In this document: positions 1-10,775 of the stretch, one piece after another | Position numbering within the stretch: the stretch's first letter is position 1 | Layout: every line of letters starts with the position of its first letter | NCBI GenBank assembly: GCA_963735595.1 | Contig: CAVTLK010000001.1 | Location: 608,001-672,000, forward strand | Length of the DNA: 64,000 nucleotides | Source of the DNA: an uncultured delta proteobacterium | Lineage (GTDB): Bacteria; Desulfobacterota; Zymogenia; Zymogenales; Zymogenaceae | Direction: 5' to 3' | Notes under the pieces: generated by a model | What the model was told of the DNA's origin: nothing | Seen by the model: only the letters and a program-made list of their open reading frames with translations | Databases searched by the model: none | Made by a program: the position numbers and the translations under genes

Positions 1-28
1 CGGCATTTTTGCCGGCAGAACGCACGCC

Positions 29-838
29 TCAGGAACGTTTTGGCGATTTTTTCCCGCTGGGCGCTCTGCGCCCCTCTCTATTTTCGGGGGCGGCGATTAA
101 TTGATCGGCCGCCTTCAAATGATCGACTATCTTTCGCTCCGTTTCGGTGAGCATGCCCTCCTCAATGAGGTCCGGTCTTCGAAGAACCGTCCGAAGGATC
201 GATTGGTTCAACCGCCAATCGTCGATCTTGGCGTGGTCGCCCGAAACCAGCACCGGGGGGACGGACATACCCAGGTAGTGCTGTGGCCGCGTATACTGGG
301 GATACTTGAGAAACCTCCCGTAGAACGTATCCCCTGAGACCGATTCTTTATTGCCCACTACTCCCGGAATTTGTCGGGAAAGCGCCTCGATGATCACGAG
401 CGCGGCGGCTTCGCCGCCCGACAGCACATAGTCGCCGATCGACAACTCCTCGTCCACAAGCCGCTCGGACACCCGCTCGTCCACCCCCTCGTACCTGCCG
501 CATATAAAGGCGATCCTTCGGTAGCCGGCCAACTCTATCGCCTTTTCCTGATCGAACCGAGCCCCCTGAGGTGACAGGAGGATGATCCGCGGTTTATATC
601 CATCCCCCTCCTGGATGTGCCGGATCGCGCGAAAGATCGGCTCAGGTTTCATGACCATCCCGGCGCCTCCCCCGAAGGGGTAATCATCAACCTGACTGTG
701 GCGACTGGCTGAAAAACGCCTGATATCCACGAGCCGTATAGAGATCAGGCCGGCATCGATGGCCTTCTGTATCACCCCGATCCGAAACGGGGATTCGAAG
801 TAATCGGGGAAGATGGTCAGTATATCAATGAGTCTCAT
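29..838 (-). CDS. trmD: tRNA (guanine-N1)-methyltransferase
   Basis: Motifs DDYPFGGGAGMVM, ICGRYEGVDER and SIGDYVLSGGE; lies in the rpsP-rimM-trmD operon. Confidence 0.97.
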   Translation of the reverse strand: MRLIDILTIFPDYFESPFRIGVIQKAIDAGLISIRLVDIRRFSASRHSQVDDYPFGGGAGMVMKPEPIFRAIRHIQEGDGYKPRIILLSPQGARFDQEKAIELAGYRRIAFICGRYEGVDERVSERLVDEELSIGDYVLSGGEAAALVIIEALSRQIPGVVGNKESVSGDTFYGRFLKYPQYTRPQHYLGMSVPPVLVSGDHAKIDDWRLNQSILRTVLRRPDLIEEGMLTETERKIVDHLKAADQLIAAPENREGRRAPSGKKSPKRS

Positions 839-1347
839 GGACTACCGGTACGAACAACGGATCGATGACCATCTTACGCTCCGGGACGTTTACCTCCAAG
901 ACCGCGTCGAACGTGCCCGGAATCAAGATCTCCACCCCCGTTGATCCCTCGACGACAAAAACGTCGTTGGCTCCGGTGGGGAGAATAGAGGTTATTATTC
1001 CATAATACGTTCCCGTTGAATCGTAAACTCCCATCCCGATGAGGTCGTACCAGTAAAACTCGTCTTCTTCCGTATCGGGCAGGTCTTCCCGATTGACAAC
1101 GATCCGGCTGCCGATCAGATCCTCGGCCTGCTCCCGTGTATGGATTCCCTCAAGCCTCAGGGTAACGAGCTTACCCATTGGACTTGCGTCTCGAATTGAT
1201 ACTTCGATGACGGTTCCCATCGGCCGACACGAGAAAAACCCGGGCGGCCCTGGTAAAGCTCTCCGGTGAATCGGCAAAGCTCCTGACCTTGACCGAACCG
1301 TTTAGCCCGTGGGGCTTTACGATTTCCCCGAGGATTATCTCCTTCAT
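825..1347 (-). CDS. rimM: 16S rRNA processing protein RimM (frameshifted in this assembly)
   Basis: ATG at 1347 gives MKEIILGEIVKPHGLNGSVKV; the C-terminal part (EFYWYDLIGMGV, GANDVFVV) is in another frame; synteny fits. Confidence 0.92.
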
Positions 1348-1349
1348 CC

Positions 1350-1589
1350 CTATTCGAGGATTTCGAGAACCGCCCTTTTATTGATCTTCGTGGATGCCGC
1401 CGAAAGGATGGTTCTCATAGCCCGCGCGGTGCGGCCCTGCTTCCCGATCACCTTACCCAGGTCTTCCTTGGCGACCTTGAGTTCGATGACCGATGTCTGT
1501 TCACCTTCTACTTCTGTTACCTCAACCTTATCGGGGTTGTCGACGAGGGCCTGAGCAATATACTTAATAAGCTCTTTCATCGCCATCAT
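1350..1589 (-). CDS. khpA: KH-domain RNA-binding protein
   Basis: [32 protein letters not shown] upstream; sits between rpsP and rimM. Confidence 0.93.
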   Translation of the reverse strand: MMAMKELIKYIAQALVDNPDKVEVTEVEGEQTSVIELKVAKEDLGKVIGKQGRTARAMRTILSAASTKINKRAVLEILE

Positions 1590-1634
1590 AGCTATCACCT
1601 CCAGTGTCAGCCTCACAACGGTAATACACGATGT

Positions 1635-1898
1635 CTACTCGGGTTTTGGTCCGTTAGCCGTTATCCCCTCATTCTTGAGGATGTTTCGTACGGTGCCGGT
1701 TACCTGGGCCCCACGGGTGAGCCACTCTCTGATCTTGTCTTCCTTAACCGTAACAGTGGCAGGTTCCGTCAGCGGGTTATACGTACCGACTATCTCCAAA
1801 AAACGGCCCCCCCTCGGTGCTTCGCTATTCGCAACCACGATTCGATAGAATGGTTTCTTTTTCGCTCCGGTTCGCTGTAGTCTGATTTTTACAGGCAT
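1635..1898 (-). CDS. rpsP: 30S ribosomal protein S16
   Basis: [23 protein letters not shown] and GTYNP motifs. Confidence 0.98.
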   Translation of the reverse strand: MPVKIRLQRTGAKKKPFYRIVVANSEAPRGGRFLEIVGTYNPLTEPATVTVKEDKIREWLTRGAQVTGTVRNILKNEGITANGPKPE

Positions 1899-1907
1899 GT
1901 TCGATCA

Positions 1908-3254
1908 TCACCCCCTTACATGGGGAAGGGTAGATCCGCCCCTTCCGAATTGCTTTAAACCGCCCTTGGACAGTTTCTTTAACATCTTGCGAGCGGCACT
2001 GTACTTCTTCAACAGCTTATTGACATCCTCAACTCGCGTGCCGCTGCCTGTGGCGATCCTTTTTCTCCTGCTTCCATTGATGATGGAATGGTTATCCCGC
2101 TCTTTCCTGGTCATCGAGTTTATGATCGCCTCTATCTTCTTGAGCTCGTGTTCCGCCTCACGATAATCGACCTTCGATGAAAGGCCTTTCATCCCCGGCA
2201 ACATTCCGAGGATCCCCTCCAGCGAGCCCATCTTCTTGATGCCTTTTATCTGCTCCAGAAAATCGTCAAGAGAAAAGTCTCCCTTTTTGATCTTCTTTTC
2301 GAGAGCCCTGGCCGTTTTCTCGTCAACTGCGCTCTGGGCCTTTTCCACCAGCCCGACGATATCCCCCATCCCGAGAATCCGGGTGGCCATTCGCCCCGGC
2401 TCAAAGGGGACAAAATCCTCCAGCTTCTCGCCCATACCGACGAACTTTATCGGCGCCCCGGAGACCGCCTTGATCGAGAGCGCTGCGCCTCCCCGTGTAT
2501 CCCCGTCGAGCTTGGTCAGGATTACCCCGGTAAGGCCGAGCGTCTCATGGAACTTGGACGCCACGGTAACGGCATCCTGCCCCGACATGGAATCGGCCAC
2601 CAAGAGCACCTCCCGCGGGGCGATAGCCCGTTTGAGGGCAGCAAGCTCGTCCATCAGTTGTTCTTCGACGACGAGCCTTCCAGCGGTGTCTATGATAACG
2701 GTATCGATCCCTTTCTTGGAGGCGTAAGAAAGCGCATCTGCACATATCCTGCTCGGGTTTTGTTCGTTCTCACTCGAAAAGACCTCGGTACCGATGCGCT
2801 GGCCGATCGAGAGCAACTGGTCACGCGCCGCCGGCCTCCTGGTATCCGCCGCAACCATGAGGACCTTCCGGTTCTTCCCCGACAGGTGCAGGGCAAGCTT
2901 GCCCGCCGTAGTCGTCTTACCGGACCCGACCAATCCCACCAGCATGATGACCGCAGGGCTCGGTCCCGAGAGAACCAGGCCTTGTGCCTCGGCGCCGAGA
3001 AGGCTCACAAGCTGGTCGTGGACGATCTTGATAAACTGCTGGCCGGGTGTTATCCGCGGCGCCACCTCCGTACCGAGGGCTTCTTCCCGGACGGAAGATA
3101 TAAACGATTTGACGATCTTGAAATTTACGTCGGCTTCCAGCAGGGCCAACCGGATATCTCTGAGGGCCTCCGAAATATTTTCTTCCGACAGTCGTGCGCG
3201 TCCTCTGACCTTGGAGAAGACTGCGTTGAACTTTTCGGAGATGGCGTCAAACAA
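1908..3254 (-). CDS. ffh: Signal recognition particle protein Ffh
   Basis: GLVGSGKTTT, DTAGR, TKLDGDTRGGAALS and a C-terminal M domain; TTG start. Confidence 0.98.
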   Translation of the reverse strand: MFDAISEKFNAVFSKVRGRARLSEENISEALRDIRLALLEADVNFKIVKSFISSVREEALGTEVAPRITPGQQFIKIVHDQLVSLLGAEAQGLVLSGPSPAVIMLVGLVGSGKTTTAGKLALHLSGKNRKVLMVAADTRRPAARDQLLSIGQRIGTEVFSSENEQNPSRICADALSYASKKGIDTVIIDTAGRLVVEEQLMDELAALKRAIAPREVLLVADSMSGQDAVTVASKFHETLGLTGVILTKLDGDTRGGAALSIKAVSGAPIKFVGMGEKLEDFVPFEPGRMATRILGMGDIVGLVEKAQSAVDEKTARALEKKIKKGDFSLDDFLEQIKGIKKMGSLEGILGMLPGMKGLSSKVDYREAEHELKKIEAIINSMTRKERDNHSIINGSRRKRIATGSGTRVEDVNKLLKKYSAARKMLKKLSKGGLKQFGRGGSTLPHVRG

Positions 3255-3353
3255 GCGGTTACCCCGGAATTACGTAATAAAAAAAAGGCCCCTTATATTA
3301 CATATAATATATTTTTTCTTTTGTCAAGTATATGTTTTTCTTGCACATACCTG

Positions 3354-4031
3354 TCATCGGTCCGTGCCGGTATCGTCATTCTTTTTCGCGGCCGACTCCG
3401 CCTTCGCCTCCATCCCGAAAATGTAGGATGCAATCAGGAGAAAATAGAACGCCGGTATCATGGCAAAGAAGTGACCGAGCGGTAAAGAGATGACTAAAAG
3501 CATCGCCGCCACGAACAAGAAGCCGATAGCCCATACGCAGAGTGATCTGATTACGTAGGTAGTGGCATAGTCCCTCACGGCAATCAAAACATCCTCAAAC
3601 CGCAGGGCGGCCCGAAAGGAGCCGCCGGCGCGAATCATAAACAGGACGGCCATTGGGACAATAAATGCCGACGAGAGAAAGAGGATTGCGCTCAGTATAA
3701 GGAACACAAAGCCGATGTTCACGGCAATTACGTGGGGAATGACGAGGATGAAAAACAGGCCGAGCGAAAATGGAACGAGTGATACCAACCCGTATACGAA
3801 AAATATTCCCAGACCTTTAATCCCCAGCAGCAGGAGCCCGATAAAATCCTCCCACCGGCCGATCTCCGTAGCCCCTTCCATGACATCCCGGGTGCTTCGT
3901 ATCGCGTATCCCGCGGCGCTGAGACTGCCCAGGAGCGGGACCAGGCTTATCGCGCAGCCCAGGAGGAACCGCTTCGGGTACTTTTCCCCGATAAAGGGAT
4001 ATTTGAACGCACAGACTATTTCAGACCACAT
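3354..4031 (-). CDS. Multi-pass membrane protein, DUF4013-like
   Basis: AFKYPF N-terminus, GY motif after the first hairpin, several hydrophobic helices. Confidence 0.65.
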   Translation of the reverse strand: MWSEIVCAFKYPFIGEKYPKRFLLGCAISLVPLLGSLSAAGYAIRSTRDVMEGATEIGRWEDFIGLLLLGIKGLGIFFVYGLVSLVPFSLGLFFILVIPHVIAVNIGFVFLILSAILFLSSAFIVPMAVLFMIRAGGSFRAALRFEDVLIAVRDYATTYVIRSLCVWAIGFLFVAAMLLVISLPLGHFFAMIPAFYFLLIASYIFGMEAKAESAAKKNDDTGTDR

Positions 4032-4319
4032 ATCTACTCAAATACGAAAGAGGTCGGCCCCTGCCACTTCACCTGCCGACCTCGTTAATTTATAAATCGT
4101 AAATACTGTATCGCCCCGCCCCCAACCGTTTCCTCATGCGCGTCGCTTCCGCGCAGCTTTCCCGCCTTACCCTGCCTGGCTTACCCCTGCCCCCTGCCCG
4201 TGCAATCCATCCTCGGCCGCCGCTCTCCTTGCCTGCCGCAGTCAAAAGCAGGAAATTCTTTTGACAATACCGTTGCATCGGCTAATTGTCAAGGTAAAAG
4301 AATCGCTCGTATCGTGCCC

Positions 4320-4763
4320 TCACAGGGTATAGAGTTTCCGCTCCGAAATCAGATGTACCCAGTTTTGTGTCAGGATCGCTAGAGCCTCGTCGATCTTATC
4401 CACCCCGAGGATCAGTATGGCGTTGTCCTTGATCCGTCCGATATAGGGATAGAGGTAATGGACATTGATCTGGGCGTCCCTCAGCGGCCTGAGCACGGCA
4501 TTGAGCCCTCCCGGGTGATCCGGGGTTTCTACGGCCAGCACCTCTCGCTGCCGGATGTTATACCCCTTGCTCTCAAGGACCAGTATCGCCTTGGCGGGAT
4601 CGTCCACGATCATCCTTACCGTCGTGAGGTCGGACGTGTCGGCCACCGTAATGGCCCGGATATTGATTCCCTCCGCTCCGAGGACGTCCGAGAGGCCGGA
4701 AAGCTTACCGGGGATATTTTCCATGACCACCGAGATCTGTTTGATTCGCATATTTTTCGTCAT
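4320..4763 (-). CDS. ACT-domain protein (tandem ACT)
   Basis: IKQISVVMENIPGKL and VETPDHPGGL, typical of ACT proteins found next to acyl-CoA/IOR clusters. Confidence 0.88.
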   Translation of the reverse strand: MTKNMRIKQISVVMENIPGKLSGLSDVLGAEGINIRAITVADTSDLTTVRMIVDDPAKAILVLESKGYNIRQREVLAVETPDHPGGLNAVLRPLRDAQINVHYLYPYIGRIKDNAILILGVDKIDEALAILTQNWVHLISERKLYTL

Positions 4764-4777
4764 TAATTAGCTACCTG

Positions 4778-5308
4778 CTACAGGATTTCAAAACCTTTTC
4801 TCAGTGCGTCGGCGTTCATGTCGATGACTTTTTTCTTCCCCTCGAAGATTTCTCCGAGGCCCGCGACCAGGTTATCGAGGGTGACCAAACCGGTCGTTCG
4901 CACAAATGCCCCGAGCATCACCATATTGGCCGTCCTCATATCGCCTAACTCCTCGGCGACCCTGCCTGCATCGATATTCACAACCTGGATATCCTGGCGG
5001 ATCGGCACCTGGTCGATCATCGTCGTATTGATGAACAGGATTCCGCCCGATTGGAGCTTGTTCTCGAAGGCCTGGAGTGACGGCTTATTCATCACGACGG
5101 CGTAATCGGGTGACGAAGCGATGGGAGACGCAATTTCCTCATCGGATATCGCCACCGTGCAGTTGGCGGTCCCTCCCCTTACTTCCGCACCGTAAGACGG
5201 GAGATACGTCACCTCCCTGTCCTCCCGCATGGCCGCCACGGCAAATGCATAGCCCATCATGAGGACGCCCTGACCGCCGAAACCGGAAAATACCGTCTTA
5301 ATCAGCAT
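4778..5308 (-). CDS. 2-oxoacid:ferredoxin oxidoreductase gamma subunit (in frame with the beta subunit here)
   Basis: SGFGGQGV and PSYGAEVRGGTANC; has its own GGAGG RBS before the ATG at 5308. Confidence 0.9.
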   Translation of the reverse strand: MLIKTVFSGFGGQGVLMMGYAFAVAAMREDREVTYLPSYGAEVRGGTANCTVAISDEEIASPIASSPDYAVVMNKPSLQAFENKLQSGGILFINTTMIDQVPIRQDIQVVNIDAGRVAEELGDMRTANMVMLGAFVRTTGLVTLDNLVAGLGEIFEGKKKVIDMNADALRKGFEIL

Positions 5309-6073
5309 CGGACGGCCTCCTTTCGGCGTGACGCCTTTAGTGGTGTCCTTGATGACCCCGATCGGGTATTCCTTGCTCATTACTTCGTCGATCCACTTGC
5401 AGGAGGCCAGCGCCGTCATCTTCCAGTTCGTGGGACAGGGGGAAAGTACCTCCACGAGAGAGAAGCCCAGGCCTTCCTGCTGGATGGTGAATGCCTTCTT
5501 GATGGCCTTCTTTGTCGCCCTGATGCCGGAAACCGAACTCACCGAGGTTCGCTCGACATAGACGGCTCCAGGCAACACCGCCAGCATCTCGCTTATCTTG
5601 AGGGGCGAGCCCTCCCTGTCGATGTCTCTTCCGAAGGGCGACGTCGTTGTCTTCTGCCCCAGGATGGTGGTGGGGGCCATCTGGCCTCCAGTCATCCCGT
5701 AGACGGCGTTGTTCATAAACACGGTGGAGATCCGCTCTCCCCGGTTTGCGGCGTGGACCGTTTCGGCGGTCCCGATTGCCGCCAGGTCTCCGTCGCCCTG
5801 GTAGGTAAAAACGAGGCGGTCGGGCAAAACCCGCTTGATCCCCGTCGCCACGGCAACGGCGCGCCCGTGGGCGGACTCGGTGGTATCTACGTCGAGGTAG
5901 TTATAGGTTAGGACCGCGCATCCGGCCGGCGGGACGCATATCGTAATGTCAGCCACGTTCATCTGTTCGATGATCTCGGCGATCAGTTTGGTAACGATAC
6001 TGTGGCCGCACCCCGGGCAGTAGTGCATGGGGACGGGTTTCAGGTATTTCGGGCGGGCATAGACCTTCTTCAT
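5309..6073 (-). CDS. 2-oxoacid:ferredoxin oxidoreductase beta (ThDP-binding) subunit
   Basis: HYCPGCGH, YQGDGD, NNAVYGMTGGQMAPTT, SPCPTNW; no stop codon before the gamma subunit. Confidence 0.9.
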
Positions 6074-7152
6074 TTAGATCAACCCCTTCTGGTAATACTG
6101 CCGGGTGATGAGACGCTGCACCTCTACGGGCGTCGGGACGACCCCACCGGGACGGCCGTAGAAGTAGATCTCGGATTCGCCGTTGAGGGCAAGCCGTACG
6201 TCCTCTACCATCTGGCCGGCGCTCATCTCGAATACAAAGAAGAGCCCGACTGTGGCAGCCCGGCGGCTTATCACCTCCGAGGGAAACGGCCAGACGGTGA
6301 TCGGCCTGATCAGCCCCACCCGCATTCCCTCGCTCCTGGCCCGTTTAACCGCCCCCTTGGCAATGCGCGCCGCCGTCCCGTAGGCTATCACCGCCACCTT
6401 GGCGTCATCCATCATGAATTCTTCGTACTTCGTCTCGTTCTTTTCGATGATATGGTACTTACGCGAGAGCTTCCAGTTGAATTCCTCCATCTCGTGAGGA
6501 TTGAGAATGAGGGATTTAACGATACGGGAGGGTCTGCCTTTGGCCCCATTCAGGATGTAGTCCTTCGGGGGAATCTCTCGAGGCTTGTAGGTATCGTACG
6601 TCACCGGCTCCATCATCTGGCCGAGCATCCCGTCGGCAAGGATCATGACGGGATTACGGTAAACGTCGGCGACGTCAAATGCCTCCATCGTCAGATCGGC
6701 CAGTTCCTGGCAGGAGGCGGGGGCATAGACGACCGAACGATAGTCGCCGTGACCGCCGCCCCGGGTGGCCTGAAAATAGTCGGATTGGGCAGGAGATATG
6801 TTGCCGAGATCCGGGCCCTCCCACGCGCCATGTTCACGATGACACACGGCAGCTCGCATCCGGCCAGAAATGAGATCCCTTCCTGCTTGAGGCTGATGCC
6901 GGGGCTCGAGGATGAGGTCATTACCCGGGCCCCCGCGACTGAAGCGCCCAGTGCCATGTTGATGGCCGAGATCTCGCTCTCCGACTGAATAAAGACGCCG
7001 CCGGTCTCGACAAGCCTCCGCGACATGTATTCGGGAAGCTGGTTCTGCGGGGTGATGGGATAGCCGAAGTAGCAGGTGCATCCCGCCTTGATGGCGGCCT
7101 CGCCGACAACGGCGTTTCCCCGCATCAGTTTTTTGTCTTTATTTCTCGTCAC
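6074..7152 (-). CDS. vorB: 2-oxoacid:ferredoxin oxidoreductase alpha subunit, VorB-like (one frameshift near 6820)
   Basis: YFGYPITPQ and [14 protein letters not shown] in one frame; [25 protein letters not shown] in the other. Confidence 0.85.
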
Positions 7153-7360
7153 GGTAGACCTCTATAGCCGCTTCTGGACAGGAAACCGCACAAAGGGTGC
7201 AGGCCGTGCACCCTGTATCGTCGGACGGCTTGAATTCCGCGGGGTAATAACCCTTTGTATTAAGCCGGGTCGCCCCCGTAATGAGATCGTTTGGGCATGC
7301 CTCCACGCAATAGAGACACCCCTTACACAGTTCGATATCGATGATGATCTTTCCTTTCAC
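7139..7360 (-). CDS. 2[4Fe-4S] ferredoxin-like delta subunit
   Basis: [12 protein letters not shown] and [12 protein letters not shown]. Confidence 0.92.
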   Translation of the reverse strand: MKGKIIIDIELCKGCLYCVEACPNDLITGATRLNTKGYYPAEFKPSDDTGCTACTLCAVSCPEAAIEVYRDEK

Positions 7361-7626
7361 GGCATGTCCAAAAATTGTGTAATTAAACATTTTAAATGAT
7401 TTCAAATAATTATGTCAAGCATTTTTTCCCTTTTTATACGGTTTTACCGCAGACTACCCACGATCCCCCCCGTAGTCTACAACACCCGTTTCCGCTATAT
7501 GCGGCCGGTTGTGTCCCTCATCCTGAGCAACACGATCAGGCGCGAATTCCTTCCCTCCTTGCTTTTCTGCGGTTTTCGTACTATCATGAGATAGCTGACA
7601 ATAACCCCTCGGAGAGACGGACTGCC

Positions 7627-9114
7627 ATGACAAAAAACTTCACCGCCCAGCTCAATTCGATCTTCTATCCGGAGAGCGTGGCCGTAATCGGCGCCAGCAA
7701 CAGATTCGCCAAGTGGGGCTCCTTCATCATGTCCCATATGCTGTCGGGAGGGTATCAGGGTCGGGTTTACCCCATAAACCCGAAGGAAAAAGAGATATAC
7801 GGGAAAAAGGTCTACACAAGATCGGGGCCGTCCCGGAGAGGGTGGACCTTGCCGTCATCACTACGCCCGCCGAATCGATACTCGATGTTACGTCGGCAGT
7901 GTATTGAGAAAAAGGTCGGCGGCATGGTCGTCATCACCTCGGGATTTTCCGAGACCGGCGCGGACGGTAAAGTGATAGAGCGTGATCTGATTGACCTCGT
8001 TTCGTCGGCCCAAATCCCAACGGTCGGTCCCAATACCATGGGAGTGATGTGCACCCAGAAGAAACTGTTCGCCCTGGGCGCACCACTCTATCCCCGCAGG
8101 GGAGACATCTCTTTCATCTCGCAGAGCGGCAATATCGGCAATCAGATGCTCGAATGGGCCGAGGAACACGGTGTCGGGATGAGCAAGTTCGTCGGGTCCG
8201 GCAACGAAGGTATCGTTCGAAAAGACCACTATCTCGAATACCTTGCGGAGGACCCGGATACCAAGGTTATTCTCGTCTATCTCGAGGGTATTGCCGACGG
8301 CCACCGGTTCCTGGAAATCGCCGAAAAGACCTCGGTAAAGAAACCCATTATCGCCCTCAAGGGCGGGCGAACGGAGGCCGGCGGCGAGGCCGCCCGCTCG
8401 CACACCGGGTCGATGGCCGGAAACAGCGCCATCTTTACGTCCGCCTTCCGCCAGACCGGGGTCATCGAGGCGAGGAACCCCACCGACATGCTGGACTATT
8501 CCATGGCGCTGGCCAACCTGCCCCTGCCCCGGGGTAATCGGGTCGGGGTGATCACGTTCGGCGGTGGGTGGGGCGTTGTCGCCTGTGACGCGATCGTGGA
8601 ACAGGGTATGACCGTGGCAATCCTCGGACAGGATGTCATCGAGAAGCTGGATAAAGTCCTGCCGCCTTTCTGGAGCAGGAGAAATCCGGTGGACCTTGTC
8701 GGACAAATTAATCCGGAGGCATTCATCGAATCCGTAAAACTGGTAACGTCTTCACCCGACGTGGACGCGGTCGTCTGCCTGGGGATCGTCGGGGTATCCA
8801 GTATGGGCATCCGCTCATTTACCGCGTCGGCGACAGCCGCCGATCTTGACAACATCGAATACGCCGTCCGAAAGGCTCGGGACAAGCTCTTCACCATCGA
8901 GCGGGGCTTCCTCAATGAGGTCAACGACATCATGAACCAGACCCATAAGCCGGTTATCAACGTCTCTCTGTACGCCGGCGGCACCAGGGAGCGTTACCAG
9001 TCTAAAACCGGCTACTCCGAGGTGGTGTATACAACACCCGAAAAGGCGGTCGAGTCCCTCGTGGCCATGTACCATTACTACCTGCATCTCAAGGGACACG
9101 ATATGGTAGACTAG
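7627..9114 (+). CDS. Acyl-CoA synthetase (NDP-forming) alpha-like, CoA-binding protein
   Basis: PESVAVIGAS, GPNTMG, ISQSG, SHTGSMAG, NPVDL; no ATP-grasp domain; a short compensating frameshift near 7820-7890. Confidence 0.85.
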   Translation: MTKNFTAQLNSIFYPESVAVIGASNRFAKWGSFIMSHMLSGGYQGRVYPINPKEKEIYGKKVYTRSGPSRRGWTLPSSLRPPNRYSMLRRQCIEKKVGGMVVITSGFSETGADGKVIERDLIDLVSSAQIPTVGPNTMGVMCTQKKLFALGAPLYPRRGDISFISQSGNIGNQMLEWAEEHGVGMSKFVGSGNEGIVRKDHYLEYLAEDPDTKVILVYLEGIADGHRFLEIAEKTSVKKPIIALKGGRTEAGGEAARSHTGSMAGNSAIFTSAFRQTGVIEARNPTDMLDYSMALANLPLPRGNRVGVITFGGGWGVVACDAIVEQGMTVAILGQDVIEKLDKVLPPFWSRRNPVDLVGQINPEAFIESVKLVTSSPDVDAVVCLGIVGVSSMGIRSFTASATAADLDNIEYAVRKARDKLFTIERGFLNEVNDIMNQTHKPVINVSLYAGGTRERYQSKTGYSEVVYTTPEKAVESLVAMYHYYLHLKGHDMVD

Positions 9115-9250
9115 CCGCCGCCCTCCCACGAAAACTGTCGACGGCTTTTCACCGGTCACCGGCGGATTCGGGCGGTATCGAGCGCACCGGATATCGATTT
9201 CGCCCCGCGTACGCGGTTGCGGCTTCCGGAACGGTGCCTTTTTGACAAAT

Positions 9251-9287
9251 AAAAAAGGAAGAGGGAAATGTTCCCTCTTCCTTTTTT
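9251..9287. terminator. Bidirectional intrinsic terminator
   Basis: AAAAAAGGAAGAGGGAA-ATG-TTCCCTCTTCCTTTTTT perfect inverted repeat between convergent units. Confidence 0.9.
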
Positions 9288-9295
9288 GCTTTAAA

Positions 9296-9371
9296 TGGTG
9301 GAGATGATGGGACTCGAACCCACGACCTCAGCGTTGCGAACGCCGCGCTCTCCCAGCTGAGCTACATCCCC
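9296..9371 (-). tRNA. tRNA-Ala(CGC)
   Basis: GGGGATGTAGCTCAGCTGGGAGAGC...TTCGCAA...GGTTCGAGTCCC...CCACCA; TTGACA-17-TACATA upstream. Confidence 0.96.
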
Positions 9372-9696
9372 ACTGCTTTTTTATGTAGCACCTATCAGAT
9401 TTTTTGTCAATAGTTTGTTTTACCGCCGCACGTTTCGCGCACCGTTGCGGCAGAATTCGCCCGGACTGCTCGTAAATGGATCTAACCCGAATCGATGGAT
9501 AGGGTCATGGAACGTGTGTACCCTCTTTTTTTCGGCCCAACCCCTGCCCTTCACGCGGTTAAGCATTTCGCCCGGTGGAATGATTGCACCTGTCATATGC
9601 GGCCAGACCGTGTTGCGTTCGACGGCGCCAAGCCGAGCGTCTAATAACTATATCTTGATTTCCTCGAAAATAGTTATTAAAATGTACCGAAATATA

Positions 9697-9726
9697 TTGA
9701 CTATTAATAGTTAAATGCGATATTAT
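9697..9726 (+). promoter_or_regulatory. sigma70-type promoter of the PadR gene overlapped by a palindrome
   Basis: TTGACT-18-TATTAT; near-perfect palindrome TTGACTATTAATAGTTAA at 9697-9714. Confidence 0.6.
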
Positions 9727-9779
9727 ATAGTCCAATATATCTTTTATATTATCCTAATTTAACTATCCGGGTGTGAAGA

Positions 9780-10301
9780 ATGCTTAAATTAATCCTCATG
9801 GGGCTTCTCATCAAGGGAGATAATCACGGGTATAACCTGCGTAAAATGATCGAGAAGGACCTTTCTAACCTGATCAACGTAGATAACACCTCTATCTACT
9901 ACACGCTCAATAAGATGGAAAAGGAGGGGCTGGTTACGTTTAAGATCATCTCCGATACGAAACGTCCGCAAAAGAACCTCTATTCCCTCACTGATAGGGG
10001 AAGAAAGGAATTTCGAGAACTCCTCCTTTCCAATATGAGCGACAACCGGCGCCCACTGTTAAACATCGATATTTCCCTCTATTTTATCGATATGCTCGAC
10101 AAGCAAGAGGCAATCGATAAGCTCACCGAACGATCCCGTGAGTTGAGAAAGCTGATCTTTTTTATGAAAGCACAACAGCGATCCGCCGAAACCGGAGATC
10201 CCAAGGGCAAGGAGTCCATCATTATCTCGCACAATATCAAACTGGCCGAGACCGAGCTTCTGTTCCTCAAAGATGTCGCCGAGACGATTAAAGAGAAGTA
10301 A
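9780..10301 (+). CDS. PadR family transcriptional regulator
   Basis: HGYNL, SIYYTLNKMEKEGLV and YSLTDRGRKEF winged helix with a C-terminal extension. Confidence 0.92.
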   Translation: MLKLILMGLLIKGDNHGYNLRKMIEKDLSNLINVDNTSIYYTLNKMEKEGLVTFKIISDTKRPQKNLYSLTDRGRKEFRELLLSNMSDNRRPLLNIDISLYFIDMLDKQEAIDKLTERSRELRKLIFFMKAQQRSAETGDPKGKESIIISHNIKLAETELLFLKDVAETIKEK

Positions 10302-10775
10302 TCCGGATTGCCCGGAGGGTATATCTCTGCGTCGATCTCGATACCCGGAGTGCGTCTATCCGATTTATCGGAGCAAAGAGGGCACCGGCTGATCCCTGCC
10401 TCCCGCCGTGATATCTGATCCCCTCCCTTTACCGCCGCGCTTGTGCCAAACCGTCGACCTATCGTGACCGTCCCCGGGGGATACGGCGCTTCCATAACGT
10501 AATCACACCGGTCGGTCGCTGATCGCTTAATCCTGCGCCCCACCTCCCCCGTCTCTCTGCGCCGCTCCTTTCTCCCGGCTGATAGGCGGTATGCCGGAAG
10601 CCTACCCCAGCGCAGTTGACTGATTCATCCTCCCGAATAGTACCCGGTTACCTGGTGTTTTCGAGTCGGCAGTAGTAATTCGAAGGGCGACGGACCTACT
10701 ATTTTGTTGAATATTTTCCCAAAATAAGTTAAATAGTTAACTTAAAGTAGTTTGCTTCTTTACGGAGAAGACAAT

